Shown: in pieces, positions 24,966 through 37,494 of the stretch
Position numbering within the stretch: the first letter of the stretch is position 1
Layout: each line of letters opens with the position of its first letter
Source of the DNA: Octopus bimaculoides
Lineage: Eukaryota
Direction: 5' to 3'
DNA: 59,264 bases
NCBI RefSeq assembly: GCF_001194135.2
Contig: NC_068982.1
Span: 68,132,490-68,191,753, forward strand
The notes under the pieces: generated by a model
The model's database searches: none
Seen by the model: only the letters and a program-made list of their open reading frames with translations
What the model was told of the DNA's origin: nothing
Program-made: the position numbers and the translations under genes

Positions 24966-26154
24966 GTTATTGTGTGTATGTGTATCCTTGGAATTGATAT
25001 CTGATTTTTAGTTCAGTTCTTGTCATGAAATAATGAAATATATTCCAAGGACAATTGTTATATCAACCTTGTTCTTAAATATCTGTTAGAAATTATATAT
25101 ATACTGTATATGTCTCTGTGATTGAAAAGATAACAATACTTGAGTTTTACATATTTTTATTTTTAACTCGAGTATAGTTGTGTTCATACGCACATTTGTT
25201 TACACATAAACACAATCAAGCATGCATAAATACACATGCATACACTCATACAAATACTAAAAAAAGAAAAGACTTTTGTATAGGCTATATCTGTAAAATC
25301 TTTGACAGCTGCCTTATATTTGGAAATATTCTTTTATCAGCATTTTTCTATGTTGAAATCTTCAGTACTTAAGCTTGGTATATTTCGGATTTTTATGTGT
25401 CAGAATATTGGTAATCTTTAAAAAACTTGTCTTGTCTTGATAATTTGGGGGCCTTTTTCACTGGTCAGAACAATGGTGATTAATTTCTGTTTGGTTTTGG
25501 CAATCTGAGGTAAAATATTTGAGTTGTTGGAGTATAGGGTTGCCAGCTCTGGGCTAGTGAGCTCATAGCTGCTACTAGTGTTTCATTGTTATTTCTAAGC
25601 AGGATACTTAAATCCACATTGCTGCAGTCCATTTAGCTGTAAGAGCAGAGACTTTTCTATGAAAGATACTTGCAATAGAATTAATTCTACCATAGGTTAT
25701 TCTTATCTTTTATTTCTTGTTTAACATAAAGGCAATGGTTTAGCTTCATTTCTCTGGAGCCCTTAGTTTCATTGGTAATATGAATCAGACTGTAAGCCAA
25801 AATCTCAGGTATATCATCACATGTTGAACTTTCTACACTGGCTAAACTAAACCTGATATATTCCTGGATGACCTTGGTAATAGGGATCAGATGAATTAAT
25901 AGTTCAGACCAAATTCTAATTAAAAACTCAGTGTTGACAATAAGAAGCTGCCAGATAGTTCTGGCATCTCCAACATCTTTAGATACAACCCAGAGTTTGA
26001 CTTCACTGATGTTTTTTTTTTTTAAAGTTGTTTTATGAATATGTTTTTTTTCTTCTCTTTTTAGTATTATTGTTTATTTCCAGTCAAATATTAGGTTTTG
26101 GTTCATTCAAATTTCATAGTTTGACACCAATCTGTATTTAATATTAAGGGCTTT

Positions 26155-28539
26155 CAAGATAGCAAGCTGGCAGAATCATTATAGTGCCAAGTGAAATGCT
26201 TAGTGGCATTTCGTCTATCTTTAGGATCTGAGTTCAAATTTCACCGGTGTCAACCTTTCCTTTCAGCCATTTTGGGTTGATAAAATAAGTACCAGTTGAA
26301 TGCTGGGGTTGATGTAATCAACTTATCCCCTCCCCATAATTGCTGGCTTTCTGTACTAGTTTCACTTGTTATATTTCTTGCTGGAAACCTAACTTCATTT
26401 ATTTGTTTACTTTATGTTTTCCTGTATATAGAGAAGTAAGAAACATCAGTAACAGTAAATTATTTAGCCACCAGTTCTCAATGACAAATGATCAACACTC
26501 AGCTTTATAACTGGTCCCTGTTATCATCTTAAACTATTCACGTGTTGATCTTTTTTATTTAGACAAAAAACTTTCTTTTGTTATCAAGTTCAACTACTGA
26601 ATTAATATAGTCTCTTTAGATTGCAAACTATTGACATACAGGTACACTTTAAATCTCTAAATAAATGTTTTCCTTTTTATTAATTTGTTGCCATTAAAAA
26701 GGCAGTGAGTTAACAGAATCATTACTGCACTGGACAAAACGCTTAGTGACATTTCTTCTGACTTTATCTTCTGAGTTCAAATTCCACTGAGGTTGACTTT
26801 GCCTTTCATCCTTTTAATGTTGATAAAATAAGTACCAGTTGAGCACTGGGGTTGATGTAATTGAATGTAATTGACTTACCCCTTCCCTGAAATTGCTGTT
26901 ATTATTATTTAAAGCAACAAACTGACAGAATTGTTACTATGCCAGGCAAAATGGTTAGCAGCATTTCTTCTGGTTTTACATTCTGAGTTCAAATGCTACC
27001 ACAGTCAACTTTTTCTTTCATCCTTTCAAGGTCAAATAAATAAGTGCCAGTTGAATACTGATGCTCGTGTAATTGACTTCCCCTTCCATCCAAAATTGCT
27101 GGCCTTGTATCAAAAATTAGAAAGGAATATTATTATTATTATTATTTGGTGATGAGCTAACAGAATTGTTAACACAGACAAAATGCTTAGCACCATTTCT
27201 TCCAACTCTTTACATTCTCAGTTCACTGAGGTCAGCTTTGCCTTTCATTCTTTGAGGGTTGATTAAATAAAGTACCATTGAAATATTAGAGTTGGCTTAA
27301 TCAACTTTTCCCTCCCTACACATTTCGGGCTTTGTGCTTATATTAGAAAGAATTATTGATATTTAAGATGGTGAGCTGGCAGAATCATTTGTGTCAGAAA
27401 AAGATACCCTGCAGTATTTGTTTGCTATGGCTCTTTAGATTCCGATTTGAACTTTACCTTTCAGCCTTTCAGGGTTCTTAAATAAAGTACCACTCAAGTC
27501 TTGGGTTTGAATGGTACTAACTAATCCCCTCCCCTCAAATTTGCAGGCTTTGTGCTTTCGTCAGAAACCAGTATTCATCATCATCTTCATCATTTAACAT
27601 CCATTTTTCCATGCTGGCATGGGACGTTAAATGATGATGAATACTGGTTTCATCTTTGTATTAATATTATTATCTCCAAATTCTGCCAAGGTTGACTTTG
27701 CCTTTCATCCTTTCAGGGTCAATAAATTAAGTACCAGCTGAGTACTGGAGTCGATGTAATCAACTATCCTCCTCCCCCAAATTTCAGGCCTTGTGCCTAT
27801 AGTAGAAAGGATTGTTATCATTATTATTAGTATTAAGAAGGTGGCAAACTGGCAGAATTGTTAGTGCATCAGACAAAAATGCTTCACAGTATTTCTTCAA
27901 GTTTTACATTCTGAGCTCAAATTTTGTCGAGGTTGACTTTGCCTTTCATCTTTTGGGGCTTGATAAAATAAGTCCCAGTCAAGTACTGGGGTCAATATAA
28001 TCAACTAGCCCCCTCTCCACTAAACATTTTAGGCCTTGTGTCTTTAGTAGAAAGGATTATTATTATTATTAGGGCAGCAAGCTGGCACTGTTGTTAACAT
28101 GCTAGACAAAATGCTTAGCAGAATTTCTTTTAGCTTTACATTCTGAGTTCAAATGCTGCCAAGTTCAACTTAGTCTTTCATCTTTTTGGATTCAATAAAA
28201 TAAAATAACAATGAAGTATTGAGTGGTNNNNNNNNNNNNNNNNNNNNNNNNNNNNNNTATAATTGATTTGCCCTGCTCCCTTGAAATTGCTGGCATTGTG
28301 CCAAAATTTGAAATCAGGGTGGTGAGCTGGCAGAATCATCACTACACTGAACAAAATGCTTAGTAACATTTCGTCCATCTTTACATTCTGAGTTCTTAAT
28401 CCGTCAAGGTCAACTTATCCCTTAATCCTTTCGAAGTCAATAAAAGAAGTACCTGTTGAGTACTGAGGTCAATGTAATCAACTAACCCCTCCCTACAAAA
28501 TTTCCGGCCCTATGCCTATAGTAGAAAGAATAATTATTA
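26155..28539 (+). mobile_element. Array of nine same-orientation SINE family A copies
   Basis: Units at about 26155, 26697, 26911, 27148, 27365, 27675 (5'-truncated), 27835, 28071 and 28316. Each carries ctggcagaat...ttctgagttcaaat...tttcatcctttc...taaataagtaccag...ggccttgtgcc...agaaagg, and most end in (ATT)n. Confidence 0.85.
27564..27651. repeat. Fold-back inverted repeat built on an RTE-type tail
   Basis: gaaaccagtattcatcatcat (27564-27584) is the exact reverse complement of atgatgatgaatactggtttc (27631-27651). Inner arms are ttaacatc/gacgttaa and ccatgc/gcatgg. Confidence 0.85.
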
Positions 28540-29786
28540 TGGTTTTAATTTTGTTTTTTGTTTTTCTGAAAGGGGAAATTACAGTTGAGACATTAGAAAG
28601 AACAAAAGTCAAATAAGTTCCATTATTTTGTTATAATTTATTATTATTCTTGTTGAATAATATCAACCAAAGCACACATACCCATCTATATACAAAGATA
28701 TGCATGCACACACATGCACCTTTTTTTTTTTTTTGCTTCTTTAATTCTTTTAGGTCATTCGCACATCACTGATAAGGTGCTTCCTAAAGCTGTTACATTA
28801 TAATACCATCCATCACAACATCTCATTTCCAGTTTGAGGCAGGTAGAGTTAAGTGTCTTTCCTAAGGACAGTGCAATCTCTGCTGCTGAGTATTATTAAT
28901 TCATGGCTCTTAAACTTAAGAGTTCAGTACATTATCCATTTGGCCACTGGGCATTAACATACCTTATTATATATTGAAGCAAACGCACACACTTCCATAT
29001 ATACATGATGTCACAAATGCACAAACTGTACCCATATATGCATAAACAGTTACACACATATACATACATATATATACACAAGAGTTCATACTGACAGTCA
29101 ATGTAGACATACAGTTAATTTCTTCTGCCCATAGATACTTTTATAAGCTCCAGCTTTGTTGGATTGTTAAGAAATTTTCTTGTTGATAATGAGGGCATTT
29201 GAAAAATGATGTGTACAGATAAGAGATAATCACATTTTCTTTTCTTTTAGTGTACACATTAACAATTTTGCATTTTGAAAAGAAAAAAAATTGTTATATT
29301 GAAAAAGAAAATACTAATAATAAAAGAAAAACAGAAATACCATTTGTGTAAAGAAATATATATATATTTACTATTTTGGAATTAAACATTTCACTTATGA
29401 TATTCATATAAATCACACAGTAAGAAGGATAATAATAATGATAATAATATTCATTCGTCTGAAATAAAATATTGAAATTTTTAATTTTGTGATATCTTTA
29501 AAATTTTTTTTTTTTTTAATCTGCAATATTAACCAATGTTTTCGTTATTTTCTGAATGAATATTCACCTGTATATTTTCATGTCTGTATTTATTTCCCTC
29601 GATATTTGTGGGTTAAGAGTTCAAACATCTGCCTCACTACTGAAATTAGCACTCATATAAACTTGTCTTTTCTGACAAGGCTTGTCTAAAACCTGCCATT
29701 GCGCTTAATTATTTTTCTACATAATTGCATTATTTGCAAATGCTGATTAGATTTTTTTGAATGCTTTCACTCAGCCTCTCTCTATT

Positions 29787-29823
<37 letters not shown>

Positions 29824-32739
29824 TTTTCATGTGAGAATATATCCTCCAAAAACCACATCCCAAATTGTTCACAGAATCTTTCATGCCACCATCCCTTACA
29901 AAGTGTCATTTTTCAAGTATATTGCTTTTAGAACTGGGTGAAAATTATTGGAAGTTGAGTGGAGAAATCATTATGTTTTAATCTAACAAACAGCTACTAC
30001 ATATAAATGAAAGAATGACATCAATTGTTCATTTAAAGCAAAATCCTGTTAACCATCCTAGGAGTTGTAACAGAATGAGCTTTCAATGGGCTTCAACCTA
30101 TCTGTCAAACAGATATTTGAATATTATTACAAGTGTTGTGCTCTTAATGTGGCTAAATACACTTAACATTTAACGGTTCTGTTCATCTAAGTGTAAACAG
30201 GTGCAATGAAGAGACAAAGTTCACTGCAAGAAGTGCCAGCAACTCATTCTGCACATATAATGAATGTTTTATTAGCTGCAGTGCTAATGCCACCCATGTT
30301 TAACTTAGAGATGTATGGACTTCAAGTTGATTTGCCCTAGATACATCACAAGAAGCCAAAATATTTCCAGTAGTGTTAATGTGATTTACCATCCATTAAC
30401 CATAAGAACTTAACCTCCTGCAATTTTCATCTTTACCTCATTATTAAATTCAAGCGTAGAACAACTATATTTGTTAGTGGTGGCATAATGAAAGAACTGG
30501 TTTCAAAGTGTCAAAAATTCATGTAAAATGCATTTATTGACTATTAAAAGTGATGCAGTTATAAACAGCTTCAATTTAAAAACAAAAAAGTAAAAAAATT
30601 TAGGAACTAATTTATAATTTATTCTATATGTGAAGTTAAAGTTTCTGTATAAATGTTTTATACACAACATGCTAACTGTAAACCAGTTTTGTGTTATCAA
30701 CATCATCTTCATCATCGTACAATGTCCAATTAACTTTTTGTTTGTTTGTTTGGGTTTTTTTTTTTTTCATTTTTAAATGTTTATTTTTAATAAAAACATG
30801 TAAGGTCACTATCATCTTGATTATTGATTGATTAGACAGAGAAATTTTTCAGAATTTCTATATACAATATATACAATATTCTTGCCAAATTCATGCAGAT
30901 TTTTAGATGGTTGAAGATTTTTCTTTATATAAACAGCTATCTCTCCCTGTCTGTTTCTGAATTGTGAATCATGATTGGAGAAAAGAAAAGAAACTTTTGA
31001 GATTATACACACAAACAATAAAAAATGTAAAGCATTAAACAATTATTTAAACATATGCAAAATATTTCTCTTACAACCATATGATAGGCTGCTGTGAAGG
31101 GCTTTCAGTCATGTACTTCCTAGGCAAGTGATTTGATCAGAGCCCATATAAAGGGCTATTTTATAGCACATTTGTAAAGAAAGAGAAAGCTAGGAAATTA
31201 AACTTGAGATCTGGATAATATTTTTAAAATGTTAGTGTTGTAAGATATTCTAAAGATATATTTGATATTTCATTGAGCTGTCTTTGTAGCTGTCGATTCT
31301 ACAAACTCGGCTTTCTATTTTATTTTCTCATGTTAATGAGCAAGTTATTTCTCTCTAAATCAATCAAATTATCATTTTCCTAATTATTTCCTCATATAGT
31401 TTGAGAAGTCATTGCAAGTATCCCTTTTACCATTGTATATTTTGATGTGTATAACTATTATCACTTGCAAATTTACCTACCCACCCATGCTTTCTAGTCC
31501 CCTGTCTCTATTTTCTGATACTCACCTTCTACCTTGAGGCATACTCTCACCATCTATTGCTATCTTTCCAGCTGAGGCAGCCATGTATCTCCTCTTCAGC
31601 AAGACACATGTTCTTGTCTCTCTATCCTACTTTAAATTCTCATCACCTGGCATAAAGCCACTTTCCTCAATAACACTACACCCCAACTCAGTCAAGGGAT
31701 CTTGTCTTGGCAACTTCACTTATGCTGGCACCATGAAAAAGCACCCAGTACATTCTGTAATGGGACTGGCATTAACAAGGGCATCTAACCATTGGATCTC
31801 AGCACAGTCTTCTGGCTCATCAGTTCCTGTTAAACCGTCCAACCCATGCCAGCATAGGAAACAGGCATTAAATGATGATGATGATGATGCGTTCAAATCT
31901 AAATCCATAATACAGGTACAACACCAACTTTCCAGAAACTGATGATCTGGAATCTCTTATAATCCACACTAATTTACAAGCAGAAACTTCAAATTCCCAC
32001 AGCCAACAGACTAGATTAGTGAGCAGTCACCTGTATTTCATTTAATTATTTAAGTAAATTTAGTATTCAATTTAAAGGTGATCACTCCTGGTGCAGAAAA
32101 TTGACCTTGTACCTGTATATTAGTACTATTTTCTCATTAGCATTATTTGTGCATGTGTGTGGTCTATGTAATTTAATCAATATAAACAGTTATTCAAATT
32201 TCATCCAATTATTATTTTATCCAAACCCAATATGCTGTCATCATTTACATTAATGAGATTAGTTATTTTATGAACAGAGCTTGAATCTCATGGCATTATT
32301 GCTAATCATATCAGCAACAATAATTATATATCTACTGGCTACAGTGAGTGAAATATCTATTATCTAAATCTCCCATAAGAGTGAATATTTTTGGTATATA
32401 GTCATATTATATTCATTTTATTTGCAAGTCTAAAGGGAAAAGCAATAACTGTAACTATTCTTTTTCTTTTTTTGTTATTAGGTTACTCGAAATGTTTTTC
32501 AGTAACAGCAGACCTTTTAATTTAATTAACATTCTGTTAGAATTTTTACAAGTTCATTTCCTCAGAGTTTAAATCTTCTTACGAGATAAAGTTGTAACTA
32601 TGACAATTTGGTGCAGTCTTGCTTCAGGTAATATCATTACATTAAAAAACATTGCCCGAAGCTGGGAGATTTATTTAGCTTAAAGTATAGTTGTTTTATA
32701 TATGTTGAACTTTTCATGTTAGTAAAATGAGGGAAGTGG

Positions 32740-33900
32740 GTTCTAGTAAGATAATATCCTCAAAAGAAAGGACAGTGAAAGGTGTTTGGTATGGAGAAAG
32801 AGAGATTTAGTGACGCTGGAATGAGGAAAAATTAGTCTATATTCATAGAGCAAAACTCATCATAGTAGCAGGAAGAGAGGATACACAAGGCTTTCCTTGC
32901 TCTTACTGGTTTGGTCTGTTGGAAGGGACCATGAACATGGCCATTTGTAGATCTAACACCAGTGAGATTCATGCCTTGAACATTTTTCTTTAATGCTGCA
33001 AGTTGATAGCTACCAGAAAAACATGTGCGAGAAAGGGATTCCAGAGGGCCAACATTTTGGAGTGAGAGAACTGGGTGTAATGCTTAATGGCAAGGACTTA
33101 GAGAGGACAGAATAAGGATAACAAGAATAGAAAGGAAGATGTTTGAGTGGAGGTGGCATGAGATCAGTTATCTCAGAAGTCACTGTAGTAACCGAAAAGA
33201 CAGGGAGAAGAGACAGCAAAAGTTACTGCAGTAGCAGCAGAAAATATGGAAAACAGCAGAGATAACAATAATAGCATCTGAAAAGATAGAGAGAGGAGAC
33301 AGAAGAAGTCACTGTAATAGCAGCAGAAGAGACAAAGAGAAGAGATAGCACATTGATGGACCAGAGGCTGAAGTGTGGTGTAAGCAACCTCAAGGAAATC
33401 AATCAAATAGCTGACCTTTCTTTGGGTGTACTCTAGGATGTATCTGTATAGCAGCAGCACCATACCATCTGTAAGAGGAATATCCCATGTAGGTTTCGCC
33501 TGAATTTTGTTGAGGGTTAGTTGTTAGGACCTGAAGTATTTCCTTGTTTTGAAGTGGAGATGCAAATTTTGCTATGTTTAGGATAAGTGTTCACCAGAAG
33601 AAATCCTCAGAGGTAGTGAAGCCTAGTATTTGAAGGGATTAAAATGGTTCTAGTTACATACTGTTCATGTATTTTTAAAGAAGGAGATAGCTCGAAGCAG
33701 CTGGAAATATTTTTACATTTAGCATATATGTATAATGATGAATCTTGTAGAGTGAATAGGGGGAGTGTTAGAGGAGATTTACCTAGGGTGTGTTCGGCTA
33801 CCATAGTTGAGAAATGGAGGAAAGGAGGAGTTCACAAGGTAGGTAAGGAACTGGCTTTAGTGCAGGATAAGAGCCATTACATTTACAGAGACTTTTGCTA
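32740..33900 (-). mobile_element. Degenerate APE-endonuclease LINE 5' region (clade uncertain)
   Basis: Broken minus-strand reading frames with an APE-like pattern (FTLQDSSLYI...; RKVSYLIDFLEVAY) and no splice-consistent host exon. Confidence 0.3.
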
Positions 33901-33959
33901 TTACAAATGAACCAGCCATAAAAACCATGCCAAAGTAGACTATGGAGCTCATTGCAGTC

Positions 33960-34250
33960 ATTGGATACATCTGACCCTGTCAAACCATCCAACTCATGCC
34001 AGCATAGAACATGATATATCTGACAAGTGACCGAGGCCTTTGGTGCTATGCCATGCTTGAGAAGACCTGTGAAGCCAAGTGAGTAGTTGTGGCCAATGCC
34101 AGTGTCACATAACTGACACCCATGCCAGTGGCATGCAAAAAGCACCAATTACATACATGGAATGATTGGCATTAGGAAGGGCATCAAGCTGTAGAAACCA
34201 TGCCAAATCAGAATGGAACCTGGTGTAGCCCTCCAGCTTGCCAGATGTTT
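33960..34250 (+). mobile_element. Repeat carrying the RTE-type 3' tail
   Basis: ttgagaagacctgtgaagccaagtga...gccagtggcatgcaaaaagcacc...ggcattaggaagggcatcaagctgtagaaacc. A homologous copy lies on the minus strand at 51970-52330. Confidence 0.6.
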
Positions 34251-34535
34251 TGAGCTCTTCAATGACAGATATCCAGTTGCTTCATAATGGCCAAATCTTC
34301 CATCAAAGACACATATAAAATATCAATGTCTGTTCAGGCATTGATGTTGCAAATAGCCAGAAGACATATTAAAAAATAGTTAATTGCTTTTATGCTCCAT
34401 ATGAGAAGTCCTCTGAAGATAAATAATGCAGTATTCAGTGTTCTAACACAACTTTTGTGTTAAGTTGGAGATAAAGTTTACTGTCTGATATTTATTCTGT
34501 TTCTATCACCATTATATATATGTGTGTGTGTGTAC

Positions 34536-34570
<35 letters not shown>

Positions 34571-35114
34571 NNNNNNNNNNATATATATATATGTGTATGT
34601 ATGTATGTATGTATGTATGTACGTATGTATATAATGGGTAAGAATATGTGAAAACAAGGCATATAATAGATATAGACAATAAGTGCTCAGACTAGAAAAT
34701 ATGCCTGAAATCTAACATCAAACAAAAGGAGACGGAATCCAAGCAAACAAGAATTGGCTATAGGTGATATACTGGTTAAGGTAATGAAAGTACGATAAAA
34801 TAAATGATGGACATCAAATCATTTATAAATTAGTCCTATAGAAATTAGTATAAAAATATGTCAATTAAGCAGAAAAATAAGAAAATCAGGAAAAGGGAGA
34901 GTTCATCATAATTCTTCATAGATAGGTATATATCCTGAACATTCATACTCTAATGTCACAAATAAAAGACAGAGGAATCTAAGAAGTCATCTTGAATAGG
35001 TAGGTAAAAATCTGGAGAGTTTAAACTCAAATAAGATAGTGGAGAATACATGTAGTCCTTTACAGCTGTTTCTGGGGTCTGGTGTCCAGTAAATACAGTA
35101 ATATGCATTGTGTG

Positions 35115-35152
<38 letters not shown>

Positions 35153-35408
35153 NNNNNNNNNNNNNNNNNNNNNNNNNNNNNNNNNNNNNNNNNNNNNNNN
35201 NNNNNNNNNNNNNNNNNNNNNNNNNNNNNNNNNNNNNNNNNNNNNNNNNNNNNNNNNNNNNNNNNNNNNNNNNNNNNNNNNNNNNNCTTATTACACTTGG
35301 TATAACACTAGTGTAACAATAATTGGGTACCCTCCCAGCAGTATATTGGATAGATACTATCCCTTAGTGGGTTGATTCCTCAACCCCTAACTCTCTTGCA
35401 TTATATAG

Positions 35409-35445
<37 letters not shown>

Positions 35446-35659
35446 GCAGATTGGTGGTTGTAAATGTATGTGAAACAACACAAGTTTAGAGTATATTAAC
35501 AACTCATCGCATTGGTATAACTATTTTATAAATGGTTTGATGCCATTAACAACTGCCTGACCATCAGTTATTTTATTGTAATATATGAATATACGATTGC
35601 ATGTGTGTGTGTGTGTGTATGTAAATATATATATGCTCACATGCACGCATATATATATG

Positions 35660-35712
<53 letters not shown>

Positions 35713-35930
35713 TCATCATCATCATCATCGTTTAACGTCCGCTTTCCATGCTAGCATACACATACATATTTATACATAATATACAGATATATGTGTGTAT
35801 TCATGTATACATAGATGTATAAGTATTTACATATATATATGTAATTCCATTTATATACACACATGCATACATACACAAAGATATATATATATATATATAT
35901 GCATATATATGTTTTTATGTCTATTATATG

Positions 35931-36007
<77 letters not shown>

Positions 36008-36887
36008 GAGAGACTGATGGTCAGACAGACGATTAGATAGACAGTGGAAAAATATCAACTTGTATCTACATGTGAATGAACATACATCCTAAGGAAGCAA
36101 GTAATCATTTCTGAATGCATGTGTGCAATAGAAGCATGCATCAAAACACTAAAGTAGGTATGTAGGTCGGTAAGTATGTTGCTAAGTAGATGTATAGGCA
36201 GGTGAACAATTAGGTGTGGGTGTGGGAGAGGGCGGTAAGGAGATGAATTGGTGCTGGTCAATTATGCATGCAAGAAGTATTTAGTTGTTTGCCAAGCAAA
36301 CAATGAAAGCTCACTGCAAAAGATCACCACTAGAACTAACACAGTATATTTGGGTTTGCTAATAGTAAAATGAAAGAAGTTCATTCTCTTAACAGGATGT
36401 AATAATTAAAAAAAAAGATAATAATAAACGAATAAATTACAACCACCACCTTGTCACTTTGACCCATCACTTGTCTGCAATTCCAGATAGATAACATTAT
36501 TTTCATCCAATCATTGTCAAGCTATTCTAGATTATATAAATAGAAGTCTTTGTGAGTTATAAGAGATCATCAGGCTGATATTAAACCCACCCACACTACA
36601 GTATTAAGTGCTTCTGAGATACATCTTTCTCTGGATAGCATGTCAAGCTACTGCAGATAACATTTCCAAAATATCTGGTATTTCATTGTCAGCGTCCGGA
36701 CAAACAAAGGCAAATTCAATTAAATGTCCGACTAAAAGACTCAACAGATTATTTAGAACATATTTGAATTTAGTACACTGAAGTTACTTGTTTAACACTC
36801 TATCCACTTTGACATTTTACATAAATAGGCAATGAAGGAACATCTACATGATTGCTTGGTCCATGAGAAATAGCTGCTAAATCTTCC

Positions 36888-37083
36888 TCAGCAAGCACAT
36901 TTTCCTCAATCAAGGGCAAAAGTCAGAGGTTTGAGGACAATCAGATACCACCATAGTTCCAACTGTAAATGATGTTAACTAGTGCTCCACTGGCGTCCAC
37001 ATTGATGACCCAGTGGGGACCCTGTGTGGGAAACTATAGTCATTTTGAGGTGACGGAGTATGGTTGCAAAACAGAAATTTAGA
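36888..37083 (+). pseudogene. Degenerate 18S rRNA fragment (conserved region around V5)
   Basis: aatcaagggcaaaagtcagaggtttgaggacaatcagataccaccatagttcc...gggaaac...gagtatggttgcaaaacagaaattta aligns by eye to the universal eukaryotic SSU AATCAAGAACGAAAGTCAGAGGTTCGAAGACGATCAGATACCGTCGTAGTT...GGGAAAC...AGTATGGTTGCAAAGCTGAAACTTA. Many differences are CG>TG/CA, and no flanking rDNA is present. Confidence 0.8.
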
Positions 37084-37114
37084 TTATATAGATTTTTTTA
37101 TCTTTTTTTTTTTC

Positions 37115-37295
37115 TTATTTGTTTCAGTCATTGGACAGCAACCATGCAGGGGACACTGCCTAGTAGGGTTTAGTTGTAAAAAAATCAACCCCAGTACATA
37201 TCCTTATAAGTCTGGTACTTATTCTATTGGTCTGTTTCATCAAACTGCTAAGTTACAAAGTCATAAACAAACCAAAACCAGTTTTTGAGTGATGA
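37115..37295 (-). mobile_element. SINE family C, 3' half
   Basis: tttcttatttgtttcagtcattggacagcaaccatgcagggg...ctggtacttattctattggtc is the reverse complement of the family C 3' end. Confidence 0.65.
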
Positions 37296-37329
37296 TGGTG
37301 ACACAAACACAAACACAGACACACACACA

Positions 37330-37346
37330 TGCATACATACATACAT

Positions 37347-37387
<41 letters not shown>

Positions 37388-37492
37388 CAGGCAAGCAGGC
37401 AGACAGACAGACAGACAGACAGGCAGACAGACAGGCAGGCAGGCAGGCAGGTAGACAGGCAGGCAGACAGACAGACAGACAGACAGATAGAC
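37330..37492. repeat. (CATA)n-(CAGA/CAGG)n compound microsatellite
   Basis: Directly visible. Confidence 0.95.
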
Positions 37493-37494
37493 AT

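Noticed and set aside
24082-25004. Numerous YI/CV/TH-repeat ORFs here and at 3471-3783, 13300-13680, 35082-36040 and 56964-58037
   Set aside because: Dinucleotide microsatellites and N-gaps contain no stops, so these are not genes.
26155-28539. Repeat array as a CRISPR-like or satellite locus
   Set aside because: Units are ~200-240-bp diverged copies of a dispersed SINE with no repeat-spacer alternation and no cas genes, in a eukaryotic context.
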